A stretch of 64,000 bases of DNA from a virus: the IMG/VR virus record IMGVR_UViG_3300031251_000011, positions 1-64,000 of that record; one strand, written 5' to 3'. Shown piece after piece: positions 43,704 through 53,629 of the stretch (position 1 is the first letter of the stretch; each line of letters opens with the position of its first letter). Below the pieces are notes generated by a model that saw only the letters and a program-made list of their open reading frames with translations, had not been told where the DNA came from and searched no databases. Made by a program: the position numbers and the translations under genes.

Positions 43704-45440
43704 TTACTGGATCGCGATGCTCGCGAGGTTGATCTTCTGCACCGCGCCCGCGTCCGTGTACCAGAACGTGCAGGGCGGCGATTGCCGGTTCTGCCGGACC
43801 TGCGCCGTCGCCGGGCTGATCTGGACGTAGTAGCCGAGCGTGAACAGAGCGTTGGTGATGTCGACGCCGGCCGAGTTCTTGACCTCCGCGGCCTGCAGCG
43901 AGGACAGGGGGACGCCCGGGGAGATGGCGCCGAAGTTGAGCGCCTCCTGGATCGTGCTCCCGAGCGAAGCCTCGATCATCGTGTAGCCGGCCGTCGTGTA
44001 CGGCACCGACTTGACCTGCGTCAGCAGAAGCATGAGGTCGAGCTGGAACTGGGCGTTCATCCAAATCTGGTTGACGTAGCTGTCGGCCCACTTGAAGCTG
44101 CCGCTGACCGAACCGGGGTAGAAGAACACGAACCCGTCGTTCGCCGTCGCGTACGCCCCGTAGAAGTTGTAACCGTTCGCGATCAGGTTGTCGGAAACGG
44201 TCTGGTTGGTGACGCTCGCCGGGATGCCGGACTGGCTGCGGAAGGCCATCGTGGCGCGGCCCTGGCGCTGCGTGAAGTCCAGCGACGCGATGGCGCCGCA
44301 CTCGAACGCGGCGAGGTTGTCGCCGTTCGGATCGTAGATGAGGATGGTCCCGGAGTATTTGTTCTGCTGCAGCAGGTAGCCGAGGCTGGTGACAGCCGGC
44401 ACCGTGACGGTCGGCGCCACGTCGCTGTCCCAACACACGTAGGTCCAGCGGTTGTTCTGCTGCGACGTCCACAGCGCGAACTCCAGCTTGACAGCGTTGC
44501 CGGAGCCGTCGTCCGGGTCGAACAGCGTCGTGTACGACGCCCAGTTCTGCGTCGTGGCAACGATGCCGTCCATGAAAGCGGCCGGCGCGGCAGCCGCGGC
44601 ACCCTGGCTGAGGACAGCTCCCGTCGCTTCGGTGAGGAAGATGTGCGCGGCGAGCGTGCCCGTGGCAAACGCCGCGGTGGAGTAAGTGCCCTCCACTCCG
44701 GAGGTCGCCACGAAGGCGCCGGACGTGCTGTCGTACGAGACCACGATCGGGGTCGCCGACGCCGTGATCGCGACCGGGCTGCCCACGGTCTGCGAGGTGT
44801 CGATGAGGTAGGTGCCCGCGGCGCCGGGCGTGCCGGTGAGCTGCGACAGGATTTTGGTTCCCAGCGTGACGCCGGCTCCGGAGATGGTCTGACCGGGCGC
44901 CCAGGTTCCTGTGATCGTGCCGCCGACCGTCAGCGTGGTCGTGGCGATCGTGGAGGCCGAGCCGGTCGCCGCCTGCGGCTGCGAAGCGTTGATGGCCGTG
45001 TTGATGATCGACGCCGCGTTGGAGTAGCTCGTGGCAGCCGACAGGGTGATCGACGCCGCTGCGTGCGTGTAACCGTCCATCACGATCGACAGGCTGCCCG
45101 TCGGGATGGCCTGGAGCTGGGCGAGCGTCAGCGAGGCCACCTCGCCGCCGCGCAGGTACGCGGCGACGGCCGCCGGGTTGTACTGCGTGAAGTAGAGCCG
45201 GCCCGGCTTGATGTTGGACCCTTCGAAACCCGCGAAGTAGACCGCGGCGGCCGCGGCCTGGTCGCTCGAAGCCCCGAAGTAGGTCTCGACGTCAGCTGCG
45301 CTTGAGAACGGCTGCACGGCGCCGATCGGAACGCGGGTCGTGTCGTCCAGGATGATGCCGTTGAGCGCGAGGCCCAGGCCACCCGCCGCGAGCACGCCGG
45401 GCTCGACGGATACGATCGCTTTCGCGGGAATGGTTGCCAT
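43704..45440 (-). CDS. Tail sheath protein (DUF3383-like) with one inserted accessory domain
   Basis: IPAKAIVSVEPGVL, QNWASY, GRATMAFRSQSG, NGYNFYG, WADSYVNQIW, WYTDAGAVQ. Confidence 0.9.
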   Translation of the reverse strand: MATIPAKAIVSVEPGVLAAGGLGLALNGIILDDTTRVPIGAVQPFSSAADVETYFGASSDQAAAAAVYFAGFEGSNIKPGRLYFTQYNPAAVAAYLRGGEVASLTLAQLQAIPTGSLSIVMDGYTHAAASITLSAATSYSNAASIINTAINASQPQAATGSASTIATTTLTVGGTITGTWAPGQTISGAGVTLGTKILSQLTGTPGAAGTYLIDTSQTVGSPVAITASATPIVVSYDSTSGAFVATSGVEGTYSTAAFATGTLAAHIFLTEATGAVLSQGAAAAAPAAFMDGIVATTQNWASYTTLFDPDDGSGNAVKLEFALWTSQQNNRWTYVCWDSDVAPTVTVPAVTSLGYLLQQNKYSGTILIYDPNGDNLAAFECGAIASLDFTQRQGRATMAFRSQSGIPASVTNQTVSDNLIANGYNFYGAYATANDGFVFFYPGSVSGSFKWADSYVNQIWMNAQFQLDLMLLLTQVKSVPYTTAGYTMIEASLGSTIQEALNFGAISPGVPLSSLQAAEVKNSAGVDITNALFTLGYYVQISPATAQVRQNRQSPPCTFWYTDAGAVQKINLASIAIQ

Positions 45441-45444
45441 AGTT

Positions 45445-46227
45445 TCAAGCTCCTTGTTCGAAGGGGTAGTTAGCCGCGTCGGCCAGCGTCAGGGAAAGCT
45501 CATCGGTGAACCGCTGCGGGACGTCAACCCTGAAGTCGGCCTGCGCGTGCAGGTCGACGGAAAGCCGCTTCTCGACCTGCTTCTCGCCGTTGATGAACGG
45601 CGTCTGCCTCGGATCGTCGGCGTAGAGCGGGGAGAGCGGGTAGCCGTTCTCCTCGAACAGGTCCGCCGCGTACTGGTCGCGGAACAGCGTGGCGATCAGC
45701 GCCGCGTTCTGCACTGACAGAGGGCCATGCACGTCAACCTGCACCGTCACGTCAGCGGTCTGCGTGACGCTCTGGATGCCGGCCGCCATCTGCGTGCTCG
45801 TCACCGACTGCGACGGGTACACCTTGAAGACCACCGGGCCGCCGATCGCCAGCGTGTCCCCGATGCTGCCGACCCCGATGCCGCCGCTGATGTCTCCCGG
45901 TATTGCCGTTATTACCGTTCCGTCCGAGACGCCGTCGCCGAACACCGGGCTGCCGACGTGAAGCGTTCCGGTGTAGCCCGGCTCGATCGCTGTGACCGTC
46001 AGCGTGTCGGCATCGATCGACCCCGTGAACACGATGTCGGCGTACTCGTCGAGGTTGGTCGCCAGCCGCGGCATCATCAGGAGCCACATGATCGCGTAGT
46101 CGCTGTTCTGCGGCTCCGGCGTCCGGTTTATCTCCCCCTGCTTCACCGGGGTGCCAGGGGGGAGCACCGCGAGCAGGAAGCCGCGCACGGCCTTGAAGAT
46201 GTCATCGCCGGTCGGCGTGATCTCCAC
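45445..46227 (-). CDS. Tail completion / neck protein with inserted accessory domain
   Basis: NRTPEP, RLATN, VQVDVHG, TLFRD, PLYADDPRQ.PF.NGE.Q.E.R. Confidence 0.8.
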   Translation of the reverse strand: MEITPTGDDIFKAVRGFLLAVLPPGTPVKQGEINRTPEPQNSDYAIMWLLMMPRLATNLDEYADIVFTGSIDADTLTVTAIEPGYTGTLHVGSPVFGDGVSDGTVITAIPGDISGGIGVGSIGDTLAIGGPVVFKVYPSQSVTSTQMAAGIQSVTQTADVTVQVDVHGPLSVQNAALIATLFRDQYAADLFEENGYPLSPLYADDPRQTPFINGEKQVEKRLSVDLHAQADFRVDVPQRFTDELSLTLADAANYPFEQGA

Positions 46228-46230
46228 GGC

Positions 46231-46539
46231 CTAGCCGACCTCCTTGCAGAACAGCACGTCCACGACCGGCGAGCCGGTCTGCTTGATGAACTGGAACGCC
46301 GAGAAGTTCCCGCGGAACTCGTAGGGCGCGGCGCCCGCGGCGATCGGCATGCCGACGCTGGCGGTCGGAGCATCGCCCGTGGACAGCCAGCTGATGCCGG
46401 CTCCGGTCACGCTGATCTGCACCATGTTCGTGCCCTCGGGCACCGCGTTGTCGGTGAGGCCGTCGGCGAGCCCGAACGGGCCGATGCCGCTGGCGTCGAC
46501 CTGGTTGTACGCGAGCGTGACGAAACGCTGAATGCCCAT
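46231..46539 (-). CDS. Small beta-rich virion-associated protein
   Basis: MGIQRFV...W..TGDAPTASVGMPI; located in neck module. Confidence 0.6.
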   Translation of the reverse strand: MGIQRFVTLAYNQVDASGIGPFGLADGLTDNAVPEGTNMVQISVTGAGISWLSTGDAPTASVGMPIAAGAAPYEFRGNFSAFQFIKQTGSPVVDVLFCKEVG

Positions 46540-46544
46540 GGTGT

Positions 46545-47138
46545 CTATTCCCCGTTCTGAAGCGTGACGACGACCGCGCACCAGCCGGCGTAGGTCCAGT
46601 CCTCAAGCACGTTGTTTACCAGCCACACCTTGCCGCTCGGGTCGGTGATGAGGTCGCCGCCCTTGCCGTCGGCGCGCACGATCGCCTCGACCTGGCCGTA
46701 GAGGTAGCACTTGCGCATCGTGCCCTGGAGGTTCAGCCCGTCGATCTGCTGGAGGTCCTTCCAGCCCATCGGCTGGACCTGGCCGATGAGGATGAACGTG
46801 GCGTCGCAGGCCACGGCCATCAGCTCGTCCTGCGAGATGTTCAGGAGGTAATCGCCCAGGCCCCCCGCGGGGCCGCTGGTCTGCCCGACGATCACGGTGC
46901 CGACCTTGACGCCGGTCCCCGTCACGCGCTGGCCGACCTGGAGCTTGCCCGCGGTCTGCGTCCCAACGGTCATGACGTAGCCGTCGAAGTCAGCCTGGAA
47001 CGCTCCGGGCGTCGCGTAGCCCGGCGACGCCACGCCGCTGTCGCTGATGACCTCCACGCCCGTCGAGACGCGCACGACGAGCGGGACGTTCTGGTTGACC
47101 GCGCCGACCTGCGCCGCGACGACCGCGTGCAGGTTCAT
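46545..47138 (-). CDS. Head closure protein with inserted accessory domain
   Basis: MNLH.VV...VN, QVQP...DL.QIDGLNLQG, KGGDL, WLV..VLEDW..W. Confidence 0.8.
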   Translation of the reverse strand: MNLHAVVAAQVGAVNQNVPLVVRVSTGVEVISDSGVASPGYATPGAFQADFDGYVMTVGTQTAGKLQVGQRVTGTGVKVGTVIVGQTSGPAGGLGDYLLNISQDELMAVACDATFILIGQVQPMGWKDLQQIDGLNLQGTMRKCYLYGQVEAIVRADGKGGDLITDPSGKVWLVNNVLEDWTYAGWCAVVVTLQNGE

Positions 47139-47144
47139 CGAAGA

Positions 47145-48161
47145 CTAGCCCCTGATCTCGTAGTCGTACGTCGACGTGTTCAGGGCCGCGGAGTTGAAGG
47201 TGAAACCCGTGCCGGCGGTCCGGGCCGTGACGAACGCAGCGCCCACGGTTCCGCCCGGCGTGTTGATCGTGAGACTGATCTGCGACCCGGCCGTGACGCG
47301 GGCGTCGGATACGGTCACAGGCGTGGCGCCGTTGGCGGCGCCGGTCGTGCCGGTCTTGGGAAAGTACCCCTGCGCGACGGCAACCATCGTGAGCGTCGCG
47401 GACCCGTCCCGCGTGACCAGGTACTCCACCCACGAGTTGGCCGGCACGACCGTAGCTTCGGAAACCGTCACGCCGACGCCTCCCGCGATCGTGATGGGGA
47501 AGACGCCGTTGTTGATGTAGCGGTAGGTCATCGACTTGCCGATGATGCCGAGGCCCGAGGCTGCCGCGATGATCGCGACGGCCGTGTCGGTCGTGTCGGT
47601 GTGGGCCGCCGTCTGCGCCGAGCGCGTGGTGAGACCGGCCACGACACCCGCGGCCGTGATCGTGCCATCGCCCGTGCCGCCGAGCGCGGTGGCCTTCGGG
47701 TTCAGCAGCGACGCCGGGAGGTTGGTCCCGTTGGTGTCGATGTGCGTGAGCGTGACCGTGGGAGCCGCCTGCGTGCCGCCCATCGTCCCGAAAAACACGG
47801 CGGCGCCGAACGGGGGCACGACCGTCGTCGACGCGAGCGTGACGCCCGAGCCCGCTGCCATCGTCATCGGGAAAGCCGTGGAGTTCTTGTAGGTGAAGGC
47901 GAACGTCTCGCCGACCGAGAGGTTGGCGCCGAGCAGCGCCGCGATGGCGGCGGCGGTCGCGGTGGTGTCCGTGAACGCGGCGACCGGGCCGGTGCGCGTG
48001 ATGAGACCGCCGTCCAGGGCCGCGGCCGTCAGGACGCCGTCGCCGGCCGTGGTGATCGGCGTGTTGACGATGCTGCTGCCGTCGCCGCCCAGGATGGCGT
48101 TCAGGAGGTCCGCGGTCAGGACGCCGCCGTTGACAAAGAAGTCGATGCCGACTACGTTCAT
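47145..48161 (-). CDS. Putative head/neck fibre or decoration protein with tandem duplicated domain
   Basis: N-terminal FVNGGVLTADLLN; two copies of GDG.(L/I)TAA...G..TR.....A.TDTT.TA.AI.A...N...FP.T.A.G.GVT. Confidence 0.65.
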   Translation of the reverse strand: MNVVGIDFFVNGGVLTADLLNAILGGDGSSIVNTPITTAGDGVLTAAALDGGLITRTGPVAAFTDTTATAAAIAALLGANLSVGETFAFTYKNSTAFPMTMAAGSGVTLASTTVVPPFGAAVFFGTMGGTQAAPTVTLTHIDTNGTNLPASLLNPKATALGGTGDGTITAAGVVAGLTTRSAQTAAHTDTTDTAVAIIAAASGLGIIGKSMTYRYINNGVFPITIAGGVGVTVSEATVVPANSWVEYLVTRDGSATLTMVAVAQGYFPKTGTTGAANGATPVTVSDARVTAGSQISLTINTPGGTVGAAFVTARTAGTGFTFNSAALNTSTYDYEIRG

Positions 48162-48171
48162 GCTAAGTCTC

Positions 48172-48609
48172 CTATTTCACTTTGAATGTGACGCTGTTGA
48201 GCATCGTCGATGTCTCGATCAGCGGCTTGTCAAAACCCTTGCGTTTAATCGTGCTCTCCTTCAGCGGCGGCGAGACAAGCTCGCGTATGCCGTCCTGCAC
48301 GTCGTCCCTGATGCCGACGCCCATCATGGTCAGCGCCTTCTTGGCATCGTAACCGGAGCGCACGAGCGCCACGCCCAGGTTGTGGCCCCAGGCGTTTCCG
48401 CGCTTCTTGATCGTGCGCCGGAAAAACGGGCGCGGCGGCACGTTACCGTGACCGAACTCGTTCATAGCAGCGACGAAGGCGACCGGAGTGCCGTCAGGTT
48501 CCGTGGCGTTGCCCATGAAACCGACGGTGAGAACCGCAGCCTTCTTGACGGCCGCGCTCATCTTCTTCAGCGCCGCGTCCAGCTTGTCTCCACCCTTCAG
48601 CTGGACCAC
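48172..48609 (-). CDS. Neck protein (HK97 gp10-like)
   Basis: VGF...AT.PDG..VA..AAMNEFG...PPRPFFR...PPL..STIKRKG..KPLIET. Confidence 0.82.
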   Translation of the reverse strand: MVQLKGGDKLDAALKKMSAAVKKAAVLTVGFMGNATEPDGTPVAFVAAMNEFGHGNVPPRPFFRRTIKKRGNAWGHNLGVALVRSGYDAKKALTMMGVGIRDDVQDGIRELVSPPLKESTIKRKGFDKPLIETSTMLNSVTFKVK

Positions 48610-49094
48610 GGGCCGCCCCAGCCGTAGAGCCCGCCGTAACCGTTCCCAGGCGGGAGACCGCCGGGCTGCAGGGAGCCTGGCGCGTAGCGCATCGTCCTGT
48701 ACGCGGCGGTCGCCGCCCAGAAGCCCAGGCCGTACTTGGTCTGCGCCAGCCACGCCTCCACGCCGCCCGTGCCCGGAGCCGTCGCAAGCTCGGTCGAGAC
48801 GTTCACGCTGCCCTGCGCGGCGGAGCTGACGCGACCGACCGGCGTGTTGGCGTCCTGCGGCGCGCCCGGCTCAAGCGCCCCCTGGCTCTGCGAGTAGAGC
48901 GCCGCGATGTGCGCGGTCAGCATGTTCAGGTAGAGCAGCTGCGTGCCGACGGTCGGGTTCAGCGACGTGCCGTCGTTGCGCCAGTACAGCCCGGCCTCGG
49001 CGAAGTAGGCGGCCGCGGTCGCCTCAGGCACGGCGGCGAACTCGGGGTAGCGAGCCACCCAGCCGTCGTAGCTGAAGTCCACCGCGGCCGACAC
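48597..49094 (-). CDS. Head-tail adaptor (DUF4054-like)
   Basis: YPEF, LTAHIA.L, VGRVSSA.QGSV.VS, W.AQTKYG..FW. Confidence 0.88.
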   Translation of the reverse strand: MSAAVDFSYDGWVARYPEFAAVPEATAAAYFAEAGLYWRNDGTSLNPTVGTQLLYLNMLTAHIAALYSQSQGALEPGAPQDANTPVGRVSSAAQGSVNVSTELATAPGTGGVEAWLAQTKYGLGFWAATAAYRTMRYAPGSLQPGGLPPGNGYGGLYGWGGPWSS

Positions 49095-49095
49095 G

Positions 49096-49599
49096 CTACT
49101 GGAACCTCGGCTGCTCGTCAGCCGGCACAGCGTCCGCGATGCCGCTCTTCGGGCGCGGGCGCCGCGGGTCGCCGACAGGCGCGAAGGGCTCCAGGCCTGA
49201 GCGGGTCTCGGCGTGGTCGTCGCTCCAGGCTTCGCCGTCGGCCTGGTCGGCGGCCGCGTAGATGAGGTTGTTGCGGACCATGGCAGAGTCGCGGTTGGCT
49301 TCCAGCCAGTTGTCCCACAGGTTCTTGTCGATGCCGGTGGTGATGGCGTAGCCGTTCTCGTTGACCAGCGTTTTGGCCGCGCCGCCGAACGGCTTGGACA
49401 CGCCGAAGATGAGAGCCTCCTGGCCCGTGGGCTCCGCGACGTTCACGTCGCGCGACCCGCCGCCCATGACAAGCTCGCTGGTCTTCCGCATGCGGTAGCC
49501 ACGGATGCGCACGCCGTGGGGGAGCTTGCAGAACACCGTGACCTTCTCGCCTGCTGAGCTGGCGCCCGGCGTTGCCGCGGCGCCCCTGTTCTTTGCCAT
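49096..49599 (-). CDS. Conserved head-module protein
   Basis: VTVFCKLPHG...GYAIT...WDNW...SGLEP; directly after the capsid gene. Confidence 0.75.
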   Translation of the reverse strand: MAKNRGAAATPGASSAGEKVTVFCKLPHGVRIRGYRMRKTSELVMGGGSRDVNVAEPTGQEALIFGVSKPFGGAAKTLVNENGYAITTGIDKNLWDNWLEANRDSAMVRNNLIYAAADQADGEAWSDDHAETRSGLEPFAPVGDPRRPRPKSGIADAVPADEQPRFQ

Positions 49600-49632
49600 T
49601 CCGTCGTCCTCCTGGTTTCAGCTGCCGTGCCT

Positions 49633-49686
49633 CCGGCCGCTGAGAAGGAGCCGCCGGCGAACCGGCGGCCCAGACTCAGCGGTCGG
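49633..49686 (-). other. Long hairpin with UUCG loop after the capsid gene
   Basis: CCGACCGCTGAG...GCCGCCGG-TTCG-CCGGCGGC...CTCAGCGGCCGG on - strand; no U-tract. Confidence 0.6.
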
Positions 49687-49688
49687 CG

Positions 49689-50801
49689 TCAGACGCCGAT
49701 CATCTGCTGGAAGGCGAACGGCTGGCGGATGATGGCGCCCCAGGTGCCACCGATCTCCTTCTGCTTGTACGCGCTCATCTCGCGCACGATCGGGAACGTG
49801 CGGAGCTTCTCGTTGAACGCGCAGTAGCCGGTGTCCTGACCCTCGACCTCGTCGGCGATCAGCTGGACCAGGTTGCCGGCGGCGACGCCCTGGCTGTTCG
49901 AGGTCGTCTGCGCGCCGTACTGCGGCACGGTGACAATCTTGATCTTCCCGCCGAAGTTCTTCTTCAGCAGGTCCTCGACGTTCACGTTGAACGAGTTCGT
50001 GAAGGTCATCGCGACCGACGAGCCCGGCGACATGGCCAGGGTCATCTGCGTGTCCTTGTCGACCAGGCCCGCGTTGACCTGCACGAGGCGCTCGAACATC
50101 ATGATGATGTCGTTGTAGACCTCGTTGGCCGTGGCGTTGGGAGCGCCGGAGGCTGTGAACCAGCCGGTGCCGCCGTTCGCCTTGGTCGCGGGGGTCAGGG
50201 GGGCGGGCAGCTGCGGGTCGTTGGTGAGCCCGTAGTTCTGCAGGCCGGCGACGCCGAACAGGTACGTGAAGTTCGAGTACCGGGTTAGCAGGTCGGCGGC
50301 GGAGCGGTTCAGCTCCGACACCCAGTTGATCTTTGCCAGGCCCGCGCGCTCCATCTCCAGGTCGCCGTACGAGACGATCGTCTGGAACAGGTACGACTGG
50401 CGCTGCGGCCAGTTGGTGTTCGCGCCGGCGCTTCCGTTGTTGCTGTAGTCCCCGTAGCTGGAGACCTCGCCGGTGTGCTCGACGACCGGGAACATCGCGG
50501 TTTGCGTGGTCCAGTCGCCCTTCTTGTTCTCGCCCAGGACCTCGGCCGCCTTCGTCGGCGCGAAGAGCACCTCGATGGTGGTCGGGTCGATGAACGTGGT
50601 CAGCATCGTGGGGACGCCGGAGTTCGGGTCCGTCTGCAGGCCGGGCTGCGCGTCCATGCCCATGACGGCATCCATCGCCATGGCGTAGTTGCTGCGGAAG
50701 GCGGGAGGCAGGTAGGCGCTCACGCCGTGGAGGTTCACGCCCAGCTCCCGGAAGCGGCCGACGTCGGCCTGGAACTTTGCGCGCGCTTCGATGAGGTTCA
50801 T
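49689..50801 (-). CDS. Major capsid protein (DUF2184-like)
   Basis: AMDA..., KKGDW, E.TGE..SYGD, RQSY.FQT, GLQNYGLTNDP, GGTWGAII; strong codon bias. Confidence 0.92.
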   Translation of the reverse strand: MNLIEARAKFQADVGRFRELGVNLHGVSAYLPPAFRSNYAMAMDAVMGMDAQPGLQTDPNSGVPTMLTTFIDPTTIEVLFAPTKAAEVLGENKKGDWTTQTAMFPVVEHTGEVSSYGDYSNNGSAGANTNWPQRQSYLFQTIVSYGDLEMERAGLAKINWVSELNRSAADLLTRYSNFTYLFGVAGLQNYGLTNDPQLPAPLTPATKANGGTGWFTASGAPNATANEVYNDIIMMFERLVQVNAGLVDKDTQMTLAMSPGSSVAMTFTNSFNVNVEDLLKKNFGGKIKIVTVPQYGAQTTSNSQGVAAGNLVQLIADEVEGQDTGYCAFNEKLRTFPIVREMSAYKQKEIGGTWGAIIRQPFAFQQMIGV

Positions 50802-50832
50802 GGTTCAGGTGTCCTTTCTGTTCCGGCCACGA

Positions 50833-51774
50833 TCAGCCGAGGTAATGGTCGCTGATCTTGACCAGCTCGCCGACACCGGCGAACGACATGGCCTTCCATT
50901 TGGTGGCGACGTTGACGGTAGAGCCGATGGTGGTCGACCCAGCGGTCTGCGTGGTGCCGACGTAGTAGGTCCCGAGGCCGCCCGTTCCGGTGCCGAACTC
51001 GTAGATGGTCGTGCCGGCCGTGACGCCCGAGCCCGACAGGATCGATCCGATGCTGAACGAGCCGGTGAGGCCCGAGGCGGCGGTGAAGACGCCGTAGGTG
51101 CCGGCGATCGCCGTGCCCGCCGCCACGGCCTGGTCGGGGATCGACACAGCGTAGGTGCCGACGTCGTGGGCCGTGCCGGAGAGCTGGCGCACGATGCGCG
51201 TGCCGCTGGCGACGCCGGTGCCCGTGAGGAGCGCGCCGTTCACCAGGAGGCCCGAGCCGCCGTTGACGGTGGTGACCGTCAGCGTGTCGTTGACGATCGA
51301 GCCCACGACGTCGATGGCGGTGCCCGCGGCGATGGAGCCCGTGACGGCGCCGGTGAGAGCGCCGAACGTGACCTTGCCGTCGGCGAGGTTGGCGTAGGCC
51401 GTGGCGCCGGGGACGACCGCGGCCGCCCCGTCGTTCACGCACCAGAAGTCGCCGCCGTTCATCAGCGTCATGCCGAAGCCCTGCGGGATTTTCATCGATG
51501 CGATGGCGAGGTAGTCGCTGATGAGGGCCTGCTGCTCGCGGTGAACGAAGCCCGCGACCGAGCCCACGCCCACGTTGCTCGCCTGCGCGGGAGCGCCGTC
51601 GCCGTCAGCCGGCGCGTAGAGCCACGCGAAGCGGCCGACGTAGCAGCCCCCCGCGGCAGCCACGATGCCGGCGGGGCCGGCGTCGACGCTGAAGTAGGGG
51701 TTGCGGCTGGCGAAGTCGCCCGCCACGCCCCGTGCCGGCTGGTCGTTGACCGCCGTCTGGAAACCGTTGCTCAT
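50833..51774 (-). CDS. Capsid cement / decoration protein with two inserted accessory domains
   Basis: GFQT.VN.QPA.GVAGDFAS.NP, GRFAW, GFVHRE, GDFW, TKW...GELVKIS. Confidence 0.82.
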   Translation of the reverse strand: MSNGFQTAVNDQPARGVAGDFASRNPYFSVDAGPAGIVAAAGGCYVGRFAWLYAPADGDGAPAQASNVGVGSVAGFVHREQQALISDYLAIASMKIPQGFGMTLMNGGDFWCVNDGAAAVVPGATAYANLADGKVTFGALTGAVTGSIAAGTAIDVVGSIVNDTLTVTTVNGGSGLLVNGALLTGTGVASGTRIVRQLSGTAHDVGTYAVSIPDQAVAAGTAIAGTYGVFTAASGLTGSFSIGSILSGSGVTAGTTIYEFGTGTGGLGTYYVGTTQTAGSTTIGSTVNVATKWKAMSFAGVGELVKISDHYLG

Positions 51775-51801
51775 TCTCTAGTCCTTTCCTGTTTCCGGCG
51801 A

Positions 51802-53421
51802 TCAGCCGAGGTTGCCGATGTTGGCGGTGTGCGGGAAGCGCTCGGCGAAGCTCGTCGCCGCGGCGGCGTCCAGCGCGATGGGCTCCGCCCCCTGGCGGCG
51901 GGCGCCGGGCTTCGGCTGCGCCGAGACCACGAGCTTGAGCGCGGCCGGATCGGTCACGCCCTCGGTCTTGACGCCGAGCGCGCTGAGGGCGCCCTGGTAG
52001 ACCGCCTCCGCGCTGTCGAACGCGAGAGACGAGACCTCGCCGACCCACGGCTTGACGAAGGCGACCGCCTCGTGGATGGACTTCTGCGTCTCGCGCACGC
52101 GCTTCTCGGTGGCCTCGGTCGCGGCCTTGATGGCAGCGTCCATAGCGGGTTTCGTCACCATGTCCTTCTTGTCCTTGTCCTTGTTGGGGTCCTCGTCATC
52201 GGCTGTGGCGTCGGGATCGGCGCCCTCTTTGGCAGCGGCCGCGGGGTCAGCCCCGCCGCCCGCCATCGCCATGATCTTGGCGACGACCTCGGGCGGCAGG
52301 CCGAGCGTGGCCAGGAAGGCCGTCAGCTCGGCGTTGTCACCGCCCGCCGCCATCGCGGGGTCACCGGCGCCGGGCTCGGTCGCGGCGGGCATCGCCGCCT
52401 CCGGGATCATCGCGTCGGCCTCGACCGCGGGGGGAGCGCCGCCGGGCGCCACGACCTGGTCGAGCAGCTTCATGATGATGTCGTCCGGGCCGACGCCGCC
52501 AGACGCGGTCGCCTCGGGCGTCATCATCGGGTCCAGCGCGTCGCGCGCGATCTTGACGACCGCGGCCAGCTTCTTCTTATCGATCGACTTGCCGTCCTGC
52601 GCGAGCAGTGTCTTCAACGTCACGCCGCTCGTGATCTTCGCGTAGTCCGGCTTCTTGTCCATGGCGAGCTTCGGAGCGTAGAGGGCCATCAGGGCCGCCG
52701 ACACACCGAGCGCGGCACGCGATACCGGCGTCACCTTCTTGCTCATCTCGTTCTCCTCTTGCTGTGGCATGGCCTCGTCACCGACGACCACGTCAGGGCC
52801 GGCACGGCCCTTCTTCACGAGAGCAACGTGGTTGCCCACGATGTCGCGCATCACTCCGTCGTACTTGACGCCCTCCCAGGCGCCGGGGGTCATGTCGGCG
52901 CGGTATCGGTACGCGCTCGACAGCTCCTTCTGCTGATCGCTCTCGACACCGTCGATCGCCTCGCGCGTCCAGACGGACAGCGCGTTGTAGAGGTAGGGGT
53001 CCTCGAAGAAGGCCGTCGTTCCCGTGCAGCCGCCGACGATGTCCTTCTGCGGGTCGTCAGCCGAGACCGCGACGTGCTTCACGAGGATCGGCAGGCCGTT
53101 GAACGTCGGCGCCGCCTTGCGAAGCTCCTCCGGGTCGCGGAAGAGCATGTAGACCTGCGTGGGGACCAGCCCCAGCTCCTCGGCGTTCGGTATCTCGGAG
53201 CCCAGGTACGGGTTCACGCAGGCCTTGCTGATGGGAGCCTGGTTGACCCGCAGGCGGCCGTCGGCGTCGTAGACGCGCGTGGTGTCCTTGTCGAACGCCA
53301 GGCCGGAGGGCAGGGGGAGGGTGAGAAGGGCTGAGGCGCGGCTGGCGACCTCGCGCGACGGGAACGGTCCCACCGGGGTCTCGGAGTCAGCGGCGAGGAA
53401 GTAGAAGCCGTCGTTGTCCAT
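51802..53421 (-). CDS. Prohead protease / scaffold (DUF2213-like)
   Basis: R.YD.DGRL...[39 protein letters not shown]; acidic Ala/Pro scaffold tail. Confidence 0.9.
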   Translation of the reverse strand: MDNDGFYFLAADSETPVGPFPSREVASRASALLTLPLPSGLAFDKDTTRVYDADGRLRVNQAPISKACVNPYLGSEIPNAEELGLVPTQVYMLFRDPEELRKAAPTFNGLPILVKHVAVSADDPQKDIVGGCTGTTAFFEDPYLYNALSVWTREAIDGVESDQQKELSSAYRYRADMTPGAWEGVKYDGVMRDIVGNHVALVKKGRAGPDVVVGDEAMPQQEENEMSKKVTPVSRAALGVSAALMALYAPKLAMDKKPDYAKITSGVTLKTLLAQDGKSIDKKKLAAVVKIARDALDPMMTPEATASGGVGPDDIIMKLLDQVVAPGGAPPAVEADAMIPEAAMPAATEPGAGDPAMAAGGDNAELTAFLATLGLPPEVVAKIMAMAGGGADPAAAAKEGADPDATADDEDPNKDKDKKDMVTKPAMDAAIKAATEATEKRVRETQKSIHEAVAFVKPWVGEVSSLAFDSAEAVYQGALSALGVKTEGVTDPAALKLVVSAQPKPGARRQGAEPIALDAAAATSFAERFPHTANIGNLG

Positions 53422-53628
53422 TCAGCACCTCCCCCACTCTTCAATCTTCCAGTTGTGCAGCCTGAGCGCGTGCGCCTTCATCAGAGCGCCGAGCTTGCTC
53501 GCCTCCTCGGCGTCGCCGCTCGCCAGCCTCACGGCCTCGGCGGCCTGCTCGTCCGTGAAGCCGAGCCACCCCGCCATCGCGTTCACGTACACGCCGTCGT
53601 TGAACCTGATCTCGACCCGGTAGGCCAC
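53422..53628 (-). CDS. Hypothetical protein
   Basis: 68-aa ORF exactly filling the MuF-protease gap. Confidence 0.55.
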   Translation of the reverse strand: MAYRVEIRFNDGVYVNAMAGWLGFTDEQAAEAVRLASGDAEEASKLGALMKAHALRLHNWKIEEWGRC

Positions 53629-53629
53629 C

